DNA from: a virus
Reading direction: 5' to 3' (one strand)
DNA: 64,000 nucleotides
Virus record (IMG/VR): IMGVR_UViG_3300028400_000005
Location: 15,031 to 79,030 of that record
The translations under genes and the position numbers were made by a program. Below, in pieces: positions 10,406-19,784 of this stretch (the first letter of the stretch is position 1; the number at the start of each line of letters is the position of its first letter). The notes under the pieces were generated by a model. The model was not told the DNA's origin and searched no databases. It saw only the letters and a program-made list of their open reading frames with translations.

Positions 10406-10679
10406 GCTGCTCCTCCTCCCGCTGCATGGCGACCCGCAGGCTGCGCAGGGCCGTCTCGGTCGCGCGCATCTGGCCGTAGGTGTCCGCGGCCAGCTCGCGC
10501 GCCACCGTGAGGGCTGACTGCACCTCCGGGCCCCGGGTTCCTTCCGTGGCCGCATCGGCGACCCGGATCGCGTCGAGCGCGCGCTCGATCGCTTCCTTAC
10601 CGCGCGTGCGCAGCTCCTCCTCGGCCCGCAGCAGCATGCGGTGCGCGTCGGTGAAGCTGGTCGGTTCGTGCTTGGTCAT
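10386..10679 (-). CDS. Coiled-coil hypothetical protein
   Basis: ATG 10679 (MTKHEPTSF) preceded by AGGAGG RBS. Confidence 0.6.
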   Translation of the reverse strand: MTKHEPTSFTDAHRMLLRAEEELRTRGKEAIERALDAIRVADAATEGTRGPEVQSALTVARELAADTYGQMRATETALRSLRVAMQREEEQRDQDQD

Positions 10680-11775
10680 CCCTGCCCTCCTTTCTGTCGC
10701 TGCTCTTTCGGCGGCTCCGCCGCGTACGCCACTCCACGTAGGCCCGCCACGCCTCCGGGGAACAGTAGCGGACGGGCGTGGCCTTCGGGTCGTCGGGCTG
10801 ACGCACGGGCACCGTCTTGTGCCCGTAACGGCGCAGCCAGTTGTGGGTAGCGCCCACGCTCCACCCGTTCCGCTCGGCCTCCTCCGACACGTGCACCCAG
10901 CCCTCCGGTGGGCGCTCGAGGATGCCCGCCTCCCACCGCTCACGCCACTCCACGTAAGCCTGCCAAGACTCCGGCGGGCAGTAGCGGGAAGGAGCGACCC
11001 GCGCATCGGGCTGGCGCGCCAGCACCGTGGGGTGCCCATACCGGCGGAGCCAGTTCTGGACCGCGCCTGCGCTCCATCCCCTCCGCTCGGCCTCTTCCGA
11101 CACGTGCACCCAGCCCTCCGGTGGGCGCTCGAGGATGTCCTTGTACTCGATGATCTGGGCGGCGTCCAGCGGTGCGTACCAGTTGACGCGCCGCCCGCCC
11201 GCGCGCGGATCGGGTGCCACGCGCGCCTGAATGCCCAGCGCCTTAGCGCGCGAGAGCACCGTCCGGGTGTGCAGCCCGGTGCGGCGCGCGATGTCGGCCA
11301 GCGACAGCCACCCCTCGGGGATGGAGCGCCGTCGCAGGTACGCCTGGAACAAATCGGGCTCGAAGTACAGCCGCCCCTTGTACTTCACCGCGCGCAGCTC
11401 CCCCCGGCGCGCCGCGGCGGTCAAGGTGTCCACGTGCTGCCCCGAAAGCTCCTGGGCCCGCTGGCTGGTGAGCCAGCGGGCGGGGCGCTTGGCCACGCGG
11501 GGCACGCCGTCGTTGTCCAGGTACTCCTTGGCCACTTCGGCGCGCACGTACGCGCACTTCCCGACTTTGCGGTAGTACGGGCATCGGGTGTAGTTGCGTT
11601 CCAGGCGCCACTCGCGGAACGCCGCGTGGCTGACCCCGGCTTCACGCAGCACCCATTGGACCGGTACGAAGATCCCGCTGCGGCGCCCGCACAGATCTTC
11701 CGGCGGAGCCGGGCACGGCTTCCGGCGACCATCGGACCGGCGGTCACGCATCGAAGAGCGGCTGCGAGCCGTCAC
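10597..11775 (-). CDS. Multi-HTH DNA-binding protein with tandem 71-aa repeat
   Basis: MerR/Xis-like HTHs (WLTSQRAQELSG..., WLSLADIARRTGL...) and two copies of ILERPPEGWVHVSEEAERxGWSxGAxxNWLRRYGH. Confidence 0.65.
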   Translation of the reverse strand: MTARSRSSMRDRRSDGRRKPCPAPPEDLCGRRSGIFVPVQWVLREAGVSHAAFREWRLERNYTRCPYYRKVGKCAYVRAEVAKEYLDNDGVPRVAKRPARWLTSQRAQELSGQHVDTLTAAARRGELRAVKYKGRLYFEPDLFQAYLRRRSIPEGWLSLADIARRTGLHTRTVLSRAKALGIQARVAPDPRAGGRRVNWYAPLDAAQIIEYKDILERPPEGWVHVSEEAERRGWSAGAVQNWLRRYGHPTVLARQPDARVAPSRYCPPESWQAYVEWRERWEAGILERPPEGWVHVSEEAERNGWSVGATHNWLRRYGHKTVPVRQPDDPKATPVRYCSPEAWRAYVEWRTRRSRRKSSDRKEGRDDQARTDQLHRRAPHAAAGRGGAAHAR

Positions 11776-13042
11776 GTCGCGCCACCTCCTCCCCCGCCTC
11801 GGCGGCCGTCACCAGGGCCTCCAGCCGGTCCAGGTCGTAGGCGTCCTCACTCGTCTTCGGGGGTATGAGGGCCGGGTCCACGGCCGCCAGCCGCCCGATC
11901 AGCTCGCGCCAGCGGGCCACGACCTTCTCGGCGGTCTGGACGGTGTGCGCGGCCATCTCCTCATCGGCACGCTCCAGCAGCTCCTTGAGGCTGTCCGTGG
12001 CGCCGCCCGTCGCGTACGCGATCAGCCACGCACGCCCCGGGCGCTCCCGGTACGGGGTGCCCTGCGTGACGGCGTAGTAGCGCTTGCGCCAGTCGTCGGG
12101 GTTGAACCCTCGTTCCACCCGCAGGAGCTGGGCGTCGCTGACCTCCAGACCCTCGTCTTCGTCGCCGGCGATGAGGGTCGTCTCGCTCACGGGCGGCGGG
12201 GGTTCGAGCGTGAGCGCCTGCGCCTCCTGGGTCGCCGCCTGCACGATGGTCGAGAACACCCGGCTGGTGAGGCGCATGGCCTTCGGGTCCGGGGTGCTCA
12301 TCCGCAGCCCCCAGATGGGTGCGTTGAACCGCCCACCGTCAGGGGTGGTTGTGTTCTCGATCTTGGTGTAGAGCTCGAAGGGAATGCCCGCGATGCGCCC
12401 CCGCGTGATCTGGGCCGTCTGGTTGATCATGCTCAGGATGTTCCGGGCTCCGCGCGAGCTGGTGGTGCGCAGGCGGTAGTACCCGTAGCCGTCCGGGAAA
12501 ACGATCATGGGGCGGCCGTCCTCATCCCACTCGGCGAGCAGGAAGTAGACGAACGTGGCCACCTTGCACTCCCGTACGGTGCGCTCGTATTCGGGGGTGC
12601 CTTTGAGGTACACCTCCCGTTTGTTGGCCCCCCGGATCACGGTGATCTGCTTGTCGTCACCGTAGGCGGCGAGCTTGGTTGCCGTGTAGTACACGTAGCG
12701 CTGGTGAAAGAACAGCGACGGGCGGTCGAACGGAAACGTGATGATGAGCGACTTACCGCCGCGGCGCTTCAGCGCCTCCACCAGGCCTGGGGCGCGCTCC
12801 GCGCCGTGCACGATGATCTTGCCGTCGCGGGACACGCGCGGGCGGCCGTCGCCCGTGCGCTCCCCGAGGCTGATCGTCGCCATTGCGTCGAGGTGGTAAG
12901 CCACGTCCTGCACGTCCATGGCGTACTGGTCCAGGACCGTGGCGGGCTCGGGGGTGTAGGGCGGCAGCACCAGGTCTGGCGCGCCGTCGTCCTGGGGCTC
13001 CGCCGGAACCGCGTGTACGAGCTCTCCTGCGATGGGTTTCAT
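11744..13042 (-). CDS. Gp3-like recombination directionality factor family protein
   Basis: ISLGER..GRP and YRLRTTS.....NI......ITRGRIAGIPFEL motifs; AAGGAGG RBS. Confidence 0.6.
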   Translation of the reverse strand: MKPIAGELVHAVPAEPQDDGAPDLVLPPYTPEPATVLDQYAMDVQDVAYHLDAMATISLGERTGDGRPRVSRDGKIIVHGAERAPGLVEALKRRGGKSLIITFPFDRPSLFFHQRYVYYTATKLAAYGDDKQITVIRGANKREVYLKGTPEYERTVRECKVATFVYFLLAEWDEDGRPMIVFPDGYGYYRLRTTSSRGARNILSMINQTAQITRGRIAGIPFELYTKIENTTTPDGGRFNAPIWGLRMSTPDPKAMRLTSRVFSTIVQAATQEAQALTLEPPPPVSETTLIAGDEDEGLEVSDAQLLRVERGFNPDDWRKRYYAVTQGTPYRERPGRAWLIAYATGGATDSLKELLERADEEMAAHTVQTAEKVVARWRELIGRLAAVDPALIPPKTSEDAYDLDRLEALVTAAEAGEEVARRDGSQPLFDA

Positions 13043-13106
13043 ACGTCCTCCTTTCCGTTGGTCTGCGTGTGCTGGGGGTGGACGGTGGGGGCGCGGCCGG
13101 GCGGCG

Positions 13107-13457
13107 TCATGCGAGCATGCCCCGGCAACGGCGTCTCAGGCACCGCGCCAGCGACCGCAGCACCGACTCCCGGTCGCGCTGGCGGTTGGTCTTGCAGATA
13201 CGCCCGTCGCGGGCCTCGGCCTCGCCGTAGTAGCCGAGCTCCGTGTCGTAGCGCACGAAGTGACGGCGGGAAAGCGCGCGCACCTCCGCCTCGTGCGGGT
13301 TGGTGCCGATCCGGGCGTCGGCGAAATCCTGCGCCAGCTCGCGCAGCTCCTCATGCGTTCCCCGGGCGCGGTAGGTCCAACCCTGTTCCGTGGACCACAG
13401 CACCAGGGTCGCGTCGTTCCGAGGGCCCGTAATGGCCCACCCGATCGCCAGACCCAT
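13107..13457 (-). CDS. Hypothetical protein
   Basis: ATG overlapping upstream stop, GGAGG RBS. Confidence 0.55.
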   Translation of the reverse strand: MGLAIGWAITGPRNDATLVLWSTEQGWTYRARGTHEELRELAQDFADARIGTNPHEAEVRALSRRHFVRYDTELGYYGEAEARDGRICKTNRQRDRESVLRSLARCLRRRCRGMLA

Positions 13458-13882
13458 CACTCGACCTCCCCGAACCCGAAGTCGCGCTCCATCGTGCGGC
13501 GCTCCAGGTCCTTCTTCCATTGCTCCCAGACGTTGAGAGCGCGCTTGCGGGCCTTGGGCGCCTCGACGAAGCCCACGACCCGGATGGTGAGCAGGTCCTC
13601 CTCCGGGCGCTCGATGGCGACGCGGATGCCGCCCTGCCGCAGGCGCTCCACCAGCGCCTCGATCTGCTTCACGCGCTCGGGGCCCTCCTCCCGGCGAACC
13701 ACCAACCCGCCGGTGCTGTAGAGCATCCCCGCGTCGTGCTCCTCGAGCACATGCTCATAGGCCGCGAACTTGGCGAAACACTTCGGCCCCAGGGCCCCGA
13801 TGCCGGGAATCTCCCGCCCCTGGCCCTTGAGCAAGCGCCCGCACGCGGCACAACGGTCTCCGGCTTTTCTGGGTGTCTTCAT
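13457..13882 (-). CDS. DUF6011-like zinc-finger protein
   Basis: CAACGRLL...LGPKC motif; GGAGG RBS before ATG 13882. Confidence 0.6.
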   Translation of the reverse strand: MKTPRKAGDRCAACGRLLKGQGREIPGIGALGPKCFAKFAAYEHVLEEHDAGMLYSTGGLVVRREEGPERVKQIEALVERLRQGGIRVAIERPEEDLLTIRVVGFVEAPKARKRALNVWEQWKKDLERRTMERDFGFGEVE

Positions 13883-13901
13883 GGCAACCTCCCACGTGTC
13901 C

Positions 13902-13950
13902 AGTTTATCGGACACGCGAGAAAGCTGTCAAGCTGTACACCCTGTCTGTC
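13902..13950 (-). promoter_or_regulatory. Sigma70-type promoter of the early accessory operon with upstream GACAGACA box
   Basis: TTGACA-N18-TAAACT on the minus strand; GACAGACA at 13943-13950. Confidence 0.7.
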
Positions 13951-14972
13951 TACTTGCTGGCCGCGGCGATCAGCGCCTGCAGCTTCTCCTCGAAGTCGGG
14001 GTCCGCCTCAGCGCCGCGGTCGGTCGGGGTGCCGGCGTGCGTGACCAGGATCCAGCGGCAACGGCAATGCGGGTGCAGCGGGATGGCCGCGTGTTCGACG
14101 GGGTCGCGGCGGCCGATCGGGTTCTTGCCCACCCATACGTCGAGCTTGGGGTCGCCCGGGCCTGGGTGCACCACCGTGAACCGCCGACCATGCAGCGCCC
14201 GGCACTTGTCGCAGGCGTCCCGGGCGGCGCTCCACTCCACCAGAGCCCCCTCGGGCAGGGCGGCGATGAAGCCGGCCGAGCGGTTGCGCGCCGTCTCGGT
14301 GAGGGCGACGCGCCGCCAGTCCCGGTTGAGGACTCCGAAGCGGTCGGCAAGTGCCCGGGCCAGGTCTATGGGCTGGCGCCGGTCCTCCTCCCACGCGTAG
14401 ATCGTCTGCAGGATGGCGTGCCGAGTCTGGTCGTCCAGGAAGCGCACGTGCTCGGCAGCGCGCGCCCGCGCGAACTCGATGCGCGCCGCGTGGCGCTCGC
14501 CCAGCAACCCCGTGTAGCGCTCGAGCATCACCTCGGGCCGCACTCGCAGGGCGTAACCGCCCTGCACCAACCCGACGATGTAGCTCGCCACGGCGCGCTG
14601 CTGCGCGCGTGTCTCGAGCTTGCCCCGCCCGTACCACTCCTCGGTGATCACGCGTACGAGGTCCCGGTAAGCCTCCGGGGGCACGTCCCCGGGGGCGTAG
14701 CCGGCCAGGCGCTCCTGGAAGAGGCGCTGCGCGCGCTCAAGGGCGCGCCGGCGCGCCTCGGCCTGGCTCGCCTTGGCCAGGGTCTCGACGTGGTACGTGG
14801 ACCGGATGAGGTCGGCCGGCAGGCTGGGCAGCCCGAGCACCCGGTGCAGGTCGCGGTGGACATGGTACAGGTACGTGGTCCCCAAAGCGGTCATGGACCG
14901 CTCGAGGGCTGCCACCAGCGGGTCGGGGTCCGGGCTCCAAACGTCGCGCTCGGAGGCGGCCGCGGGCCTCAT
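13950..14972 (-). CDS. Head morphogenesis protein (Mu gpF / SPP1 gp7-like)
   Basis: RDWRRVALTE, ACDKC and PLHPHCRC motifs. Confidence 0.85.
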   Translation of the reverse strand: MRPAAASERDVWSPDPDPLVAALERSMTALGTTYLYHVHRDLHRVLGLPSLPADLIRSTYHVETLAKASQAEARRRALERAQRLFQERLAGYAPGDVPPEAYRDLVRVITEEWYGRGKLETRAQQRAVASYIVGLVQGGYALRVRPEVMLERYTGLLGERHAARIEFARARAAEHVRFLDDQTRHAILQTIYAWEEDRRQPIDLARALADRFGVLNRDWRRVALTETARNRSAGFIAALPEGALVEWSAARDACDKCRALHGRRFTVVHPGPGDPKLDVWVGKNPIGRRDPVEHAAIPLHPHCRCRWILVTHAGTPTDRGAEADPDFEEKLQALIAAASK

Positions 14973-15547
14973 GCCTCTCCCCCATCGGGCACCCGCACCA
15001 GGCGGCCCTTGCGGGCGATCTCGACCAGCGTGCGCAGCTCCCGGCTCCGTGCCTCCGGCAGCGGCTCGCCCATGACGACGCGCCCTCGGAGCCTCCCCTC
15101 ACGCGCCAGTCGGACGAAGGTCTCGGCGGGGATGCGGGTCATCCCCCCGTAGTAGCTCCGGGGGATGTGGGCGAGGTAGGCGGCCTTTGCCTCCCGTGCC
15201 GATCGGAACCCCAGCATTACCTTGTCCTCGTCGTGCTCCCCGGTGTCGGGCCGGACCTGGTGCACCACGTAGACGTAGCGCGCGTTCTCGTAGGGGCCTA
15301 CGTACACGTCGAGGTGATCCGGCCGCTTCTTGCCCGGCTCGCGGTCCACGCCTTCCGTGCCGCGGATGTAGCCGTAGTCGTAGCGCATGAGGGTCTTGCC
15401 CTCACGCCCGTTTTCGTCGCGCCACGGGCGGTACTGCCCCTTCTTGGCCTCGATGCTGATCTCCAGCCCGCGCCAGCGGCGCCGGCCGGCGAGTGGGTAC
15501 CCCGTCGCGTGCGCCTTGGCGAGACGCACCACCAGACGCGGCATCAT
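14969..15547 (-). CDS. InPase (inorganic pyrophosphatase-like) domain protein of polyvalent-protein type
   Basis: GLEISIE..KG..R, YDYGYIRGTEGVD..DHLDVYVGP, VYVVHQ, DEDKVMLGF. Confidence 0.75.
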   Translation of the reverse strand: MMPRLVVRLAKAHATGYPLAGRRRWRGLEISIEAKKGQYRPWRDENGREGKTLMRYDYGYIRGTEGVDREPGKKRPDHLDVYVGPYENARYVYVVHQVRPDTGEHDEDKVMLGFRSAREAKAAYLAHIPRSYYGGMTRIPAETFVRLAREGRLRGRVVMGEPLPEARSRELRTLVEIARKGRLVRVPDGGEA

Positions 15548-17382
15548 TCGACCTCCTCCGGCCAGTCCTCGATGGCCGTCACGCTCACGGCCTTGGCGGC
15601 CAGGTCCTCATCGCCGCGGCCCGGAGCCCTGGGGACATGGTGCTCGAGGGCCCACTCCTCCTCATCGGGTGACGCGGGGCCCTCCTCTCCCCCGGCACCT
15701 TCGGGCGGCGCGCCTTCGCCCTCCTCTTCCGCCGGGGGCATACCCTCCTGCTCGGCCCCCGGCGGCACCTCGCCCCCCTGCGGCTCCGGGGGAACGCCCT
15801 GCGCCTGAGCCTGCTCCTGCTGCTCCTGCTGCAGCGCGAGCTGGTACACCGAGAGCAGCGCCGGGTTCATGGGCGCGTTCGCCAGGATCGGCGACTCGGG
15901 CTCGGACTCGCCGCGGCTGCGGCGGAACTCGCCCAGCGTGAGCATCTTCTCCTCGTCAGCCTTGGCGAGCTGCTGGTCCTGCTCGAGCCCCGTCCAGTAG
16001 AGCTCGACCTCCGGGTCCACCGTGTACAGGATCTCGTTCAGCGTCTGCCCCAGGAACTGCAGCAGGGGCCACAGGCCCTTGTCCTTCGAGCTCGCCAGCC
16101 GCTCCTCGGTGTCGGAGCCTGAAAGCGTTGAGGGCCGGGCCGAAAACGACTCGAAGTTGATCTCCTCCGGGTCCATCCCGTAGAGCGCCGCCTTGATCGC
16201 TACCAGGAACGTCATCCAGCGGGCAAAGTACATTTCGTTGAAGTCCTGCCCGATGGGCACGAAGCTCACGCCCGCGTTCTGCGCGTCGCTGGAGATCATC
16301 ACCGGCATCCGCCAGCGGTTGCTGAGACCGGTGACGTAGGCGTCCCACTCCATGCGGAACTGCTCGATGTCCTGCTCGTTGAAGTCCCCCCAGACCGTGA
16401 GGACGCCCTTGGGGATGGAGTTATGCGTGAAGCCGCGCAGGTTGAGCGTCAGGGCGTTGACGAAGCCGGTCACGATACGGATCAGGTCCTCCGGCTCGGG
16501 CTGCCCGTACCCGAGCGCCAGGGCCTCCGAGCGCGGCCGCCTGACGCGGTAGAGCAGGTCGTCGTGCGTGTACCACGCCTGGACGCGCCCCTCGTGCGCC
16601 AGGATCGCCACGACCTCGGTAGGGTCGGGGATGTCCAGGCCGTACCGCTGGTGCAGGCTGGGCGGCTCGCGGTCCGTGGCGCCGTAGTTGGGGTCCACCA
16701 GGTAGACCATCCCGCCGTCCACATGCACCCAGCCGTGCGTGCGACCCGACGGGGTGGGGATCAGCTCGACCGGTGCCGCGTCGAGCGTGAGGGAGTCCTG
16801 AAGGTGTTTCGAGGTCCAGTCCCAGAGGTTGTCGCGCCGCAGCGCGCGGCGCTTGCGGGGGTCGAACTCCGCCCCCGCGTTGAGGACGTACTGCTCGAGC
16901 CACGAAATCCGCGCACGGTCTTCTGGGGTGGTCTTGCGGTGCCGGTCGCGGAAACGGATGCGGTACCCCGGCTTCCACTCTTGCAGCGAGGGGCGCAGGA
17001 AGCGCTGGACCTGCGAAATGCGGGTCCAGATCACGCTTTTCAGGACCGGGTCCTCGCGTACGATGCTGCGCAGCTGCGGCCAGTCCAGGCCCACGGGGCG
17101 CACCAGCCACACCGTGCGCGCGTTGGGGTCCTCGAGGTCGAGGGACACCCGCGCCATGCGCTGCAGTTTCTGGCCGGGGATCTCCTTCGGGGCGAAGGCC
17201 TGCGCCCACCGCATGACCTCGTTTACGGGTACAGCTTTCGCCATGGGGGCAAGCTCTCGGGCAGCCGCCGCAACGGCCTCGGCGCGTTCGTCGGCGGGCG
17301 CGTCCGGGGTCGCGGCCACGCGGGCCGCGCCCAGGTACTCCTTCGTGGGGTCGTACAGGCGGCGCGCCTTGGGCTTCTTCAT
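15544..17382 (-). CDS. Phage portal protein
   Basis: LTLDAAPVE, GYGQPE, FTHNSIPKGVL, ALYGMDPEEINF and SKDKGLWPLL motifs; adjacent to MuF. Confidence 0.85.
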   Translation of the reverse strand: MKKPKARRLYDPTKEYLGAARVAATPDAPADERAEAVAAAARELAPMAKAVPVNEVMRWAQAFAPKEIPGQKLQRMARVSLDLEDPNARTVWLVRPVGLDWPQLRSIVREDPVLKSVIWTRISQVQRFLRPSLQEWKPGYRIRFRDRHRKTTPEDRARISWLEQYVLNAGAEFDPRKRRALRRDNLWDWTSKHLQDSLTLDAAPVELIPTPSGRTHGWVHVDGGMVYLVDPNYGATDREPPSLHQRYGLDIPDPTEVVAILAHEGRVQAWYTHDDLLYRVRRPRSEALALGYGQPEPEDLIRIVTGFVNALTLNLRGFTHNSIPKGVLTVWGDFNEQDIEQFRMEWDAYVTGLSNRWRMPVMISSDAQNAGVSFVPIGQDFNEMYFARWMTFLVAIKAALYGMDPEEINFESFSARPSTLSGSDTEERLASSKDKGLWPLLQFLGQTLNEILYTVDPEVELYWTGLEQDQQLAKADEEKMLTLGEFRRSRGESEPESPILANAPMNPALLSVYQLALQQEQQEQAQAQGVPPEPQGGEVPPGAEQEGMPPAEEEGEGAPPEGAGGEEGPASPDEEEWALEHHVPRAPGRGDEDLAAKAVSVTAIEDWPEEVE

Positions 17383-17412
17383 ACCGGACACCCTAGGTGC
17401 TGCGGCCGTCGG

Positions 17413-18003
17413 TCAACGCATCCGCACTACCGTGAGGACGTTGCCGGCGCGGTCCACGAACAGGCCGTAGCGCACACCGCTCACGACGACCGTCCAAACG
17501 CCCTCCGCGGGGGGCTGTGGGCGCACGCGCTCCGCCTCGGCCACGGTAGCCGGGATGGCGTCGCGCAGCAGCCCCTCCAGCTCCTCCTCCGCGGCGCGCA
17601 GGGAGCCGCGCCCACCGAGCACGCGCTGGCGGTAACGCACCACCGCATGCCGGGTCAGGCGCGCCGGCGGGACCACGATCCTGGGCTCGGGGGCAGGGGC
17701 ATGCACCACCAGGGTGTGGCGGTCGCGCACGGCCACGACCTGCGCCACCCGGTTGGCGGGCAGCGTGTACCGGCCCGAGTTGTGCACCTCCAGGACGGCC
17801 TCCGCGTCCCCGTCGTAGGGATGCAGGTCCATGCCCGCAATCGCGCCGTCGGCGTCGTAGAACGGCGTGGCCACCACACGGTCGTTGCCGCGCAGGGAAA
17901 CCCGCGAGCGAAGCTCGAACGGGCCCATGCGGTAGGTGTACAAGCGCCCCCTGCCGCGGTGCGCTCGCGGGACTCCACGGACCTCGACGGGTACGGCGAT
18001 CAT
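17413..18003 (-). CDS. Hypothetical protein
   Basis: ATG 18003 in ATGA overlap; C-terminal LTRHAVVRYRQR motif (DUF4258/RelE-like fold possible). Confidence 0.55.
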   Translation of the reverse strand: MIAVPVEVRGVPRAHRGRGRLYTYRMGPFELRSRVSLRGNDRVVATPFYDADGAIAGMDLHPYDGDAEAVLEVHNSGRYTLPANRVAQVVAVRDRHTLVVHAPAPEPRIVVPPARLTRHAVVRYRQRVLGGRGSLRAAEEELEGLLRDAIPATVAEAERVRPQPPAEGVWTVVVSGVRYGLFVDRAGNVLTVVRMR

Positions 18004-18515
18004 TGCGCCATCACCTCCAGGTAGCCCCGCTTGACCCCGTACGCCAGCGCCGGCTCGTGCGGCGCGACGAGCACGTCCACGGTGCGCCGCCACCGCGGCG
18101 CCATGGTGTCCCACACCACCGCCTCGACGACGGTGCCGTCCTCCATGACGACCTTCACCCGCGCGCCGCAGCCGAGCTGCCGGAACAGGTCGCGCGATAC
18201 CGCCACCTGGGTCCAGGGACTCCGCGTCGGCCCGCACGCGGAGTATTCCGGGTCGTGGTCCGTCTGCGAGGGGACCGCCTGGTAAAAGCTAATGCGCCGG
18301 ACCTCGATCCGGCGCGTCGGGTCGTCCACGTCGGGGGGCGTGGCGGGTGGCTCCGGGACGGGAACCAGGGTGATGACGGTCGTGCTGTCGCCCGCCGCCT
18401 TGGTCCTGTCCGGGACCATCGCGAGCAGGGCCGATAGGAACGAGAGAATGGACACGGCCAGCACGACCAGAACCAGGAGGGCCAGAAGTCGGAGGGTGTA
18501 CAGTAGGTTGTCCAT
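18000..18515 (-). CDS. Membrane-anchored 3D/RlpA-like double-psi-barrel cell-wall enzyme
   Basis: N-terminal TM helix; SFYQAVPSQTD, VAVSRDL, VWDTM...VDVLV (three-Asp motif). Confidence 0.75.
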   Translation of the reverse strand: MDNLLYTLRLLALLVLVVLAVSILSFLSALLAMVPDRTKAAGDSTTVITLVPVPEPPATPPDVDDPTRRIEVRRISFYQAVPSQTDHDPEYSACGPTRSPWTQVAVSRDLFRQLGCGARVKVVMEDGTVVEAVVWDTMAPRWRRTVDVLVAPHEPALAYGVKRGYLEVMAQ

Positions 18516-18521
18516 GATTCT

Positions 18522-18563
18522 AGACTAACGAGCAAGCATTCAAGCTGTCAAGGTTGTCTGTCC
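18522..18563 (-). promoter_or_regulatory. Leaderless sigma70-type promoter with GGACAGACA box
   Basis: TTGACA-N18-TAGTCT-N6-ATG(18515). Confidence 0.7.
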
Positions 18564-18825
18564 GCTTCCTCTACCCCTCGCGTTTGGCCACCCACCACCG
18601 CCGCAGCTACGCTGGGGGTGTGGCAGGGGCCCTACCCCCCTACGCCGAACCCGTGGCTGGATACCACGTTGCCGCCTGGCTGACCCCCAGGCCGGATAGG
18701 CGCAGGGGCGAACGGGCCCCGCCAACCCTGTAAAGGCGGCCCGCCTTGCGGCGGGCCGTTCCGGCTGTGGCCTTACATGGGCTAGGCCTCGGCGTGTAAG
18801 GTTTCAGGGGCGATAATCGCCCTTA

Positions 18826-19266
18826 TCAGACCAGGGACACCTCAATCACCGTCCACTCCCCCTCGGCCCAGGGCCGCTCGGACGCTTCGCGCAACGCCCG
18901 CGACTTGGGGCTCTCCCACAGGACCGGCTGCCCTTCGTCGTCAAGCGGGCGGCGGTCCACCACCCAGATCGGGGTTCGGCCGTTGCGCAAAAGCGCCAGC
19001 GCCACCGAGGACGCGGTCTGCTCCTCGACGGGGCCGATCACCTCGTACCCCTCCCCCTCCTGGCAGCGCACCGCGACGTACTGGGCCGGCTCGGCGTCGA
19101 AGCCGGGCTCCAGGAGCTCGGAGCAGCCGCTCTCCCAGCGGTACAGGGGGCCGCGGGGGTACTCGAACACATGCCTCACCGGCGGGAGCTCGGGGTGAAA
19201 GCGAAGGCTCCGGCGCGTGAAAAAGACCCTCCCGCTTATCTTGCGTCTGTCTCGTTTGCCGTCCAC
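18826..19266 (-). CDS. Hypothetical protein
   Basis: GTG start 6 nt after TAGATT -10 with TTGACA -35. Confidence 0.6.
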   Translation of the reverse strand: MDGKRDRRKISGRVFFTRRSLRFHPELPPVRHVFEYPRGPLYRWESGCSELLEPGFDAEPAQYVAVRCQEGEGYEVIGPVEEQTASSVALALLRNGRTPIWVVDRRPLDDEGQPVLWESPKSRALREASERPWAEGEWTVIEVSLV

Positions 19267-19272
19267 GCCTGC

Positions 19273-19338
19273 AATCTAGCCCAGCGCCTAGGCATCTGTC
19301 AACCCCCGTTGACAAACCGCTGCATCTGTGCGTAGGAT
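19273..19338. promoter_or_regulatory. Back-to-back divergent promoters
   Basis: TGTCAA-CCCCCG-TTGACA core; leftward TTGACA-N18-TAGATT, rightward TTGACA-N18-TAGGAT. Confidence 0.75.
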
Positions 19339-19347
19339 GGTCTCGCA

Positions 19348-19782
19348 ATGGAGACAAACGTCAAAGCGTCGGAAAATAGTCGCACTCCAACTGCGGCGAT
19401 TCGTGTTACCGGGGTCAGACCCGGCCCCGACCTGCAGATGCGCGTCGGCCCACACGCCGGCTTCACCGCCATCGCACGGCGTGACCTGGGGCGCTACTAC
19501 GCGCTGCTCGACCACGTGCGCGACGGCATGCGTGGGCGCTTCACCGCCGATGAACTCGACGCGCTCGCGGACCACCTCACCGCGACGCCCATGTTGGACC
19601 TCCCCGAAGCGCTGGCCGTCGTGCCCCACATTCTACTGGAGGCCGCCGAACGCGGCCTGCTCGACGAAGGCCTAGCCGAGCGGGTGCGGCAACTGACCCA
19701 CGCGGAGCGCTGGGCGCTCGTGGACGCGGCCGAGGTGGTGTCCTCCGGCACGGCCTCCTGGGCCGATCTAGGGATGGTCTGA
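19348..19782 (+). CDS. Putative small DNA-binding regulator (paralog of 29191-29652)
   Basis: VRPG.DL..R and IARRDLGRYY motifs shared with the paralog; first gene of the replication operon. Confidence 0.65.
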   Translation: METNVKASENSRTPTAAIRVTGVRPGPDLQMRVGPHAGFTAIARRDLGRYYALLDHVRDGMRGRFTADELDALADHLTATPMLDLPEALAVVPHILLEAAERGLLDEGLAERVRQLTHAERWALVDAAEVVSSGTASWADLGMV

Positions 19783-19784
19783 TC

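Noticed and set aside
10720-11140. 213-bp duplication as a diversity-generating retroelement TR/VR pair
   Set aside because: Both copies are in the same ORF, differences are not adenine-restricted, and no reverse transcriptase is in the window.
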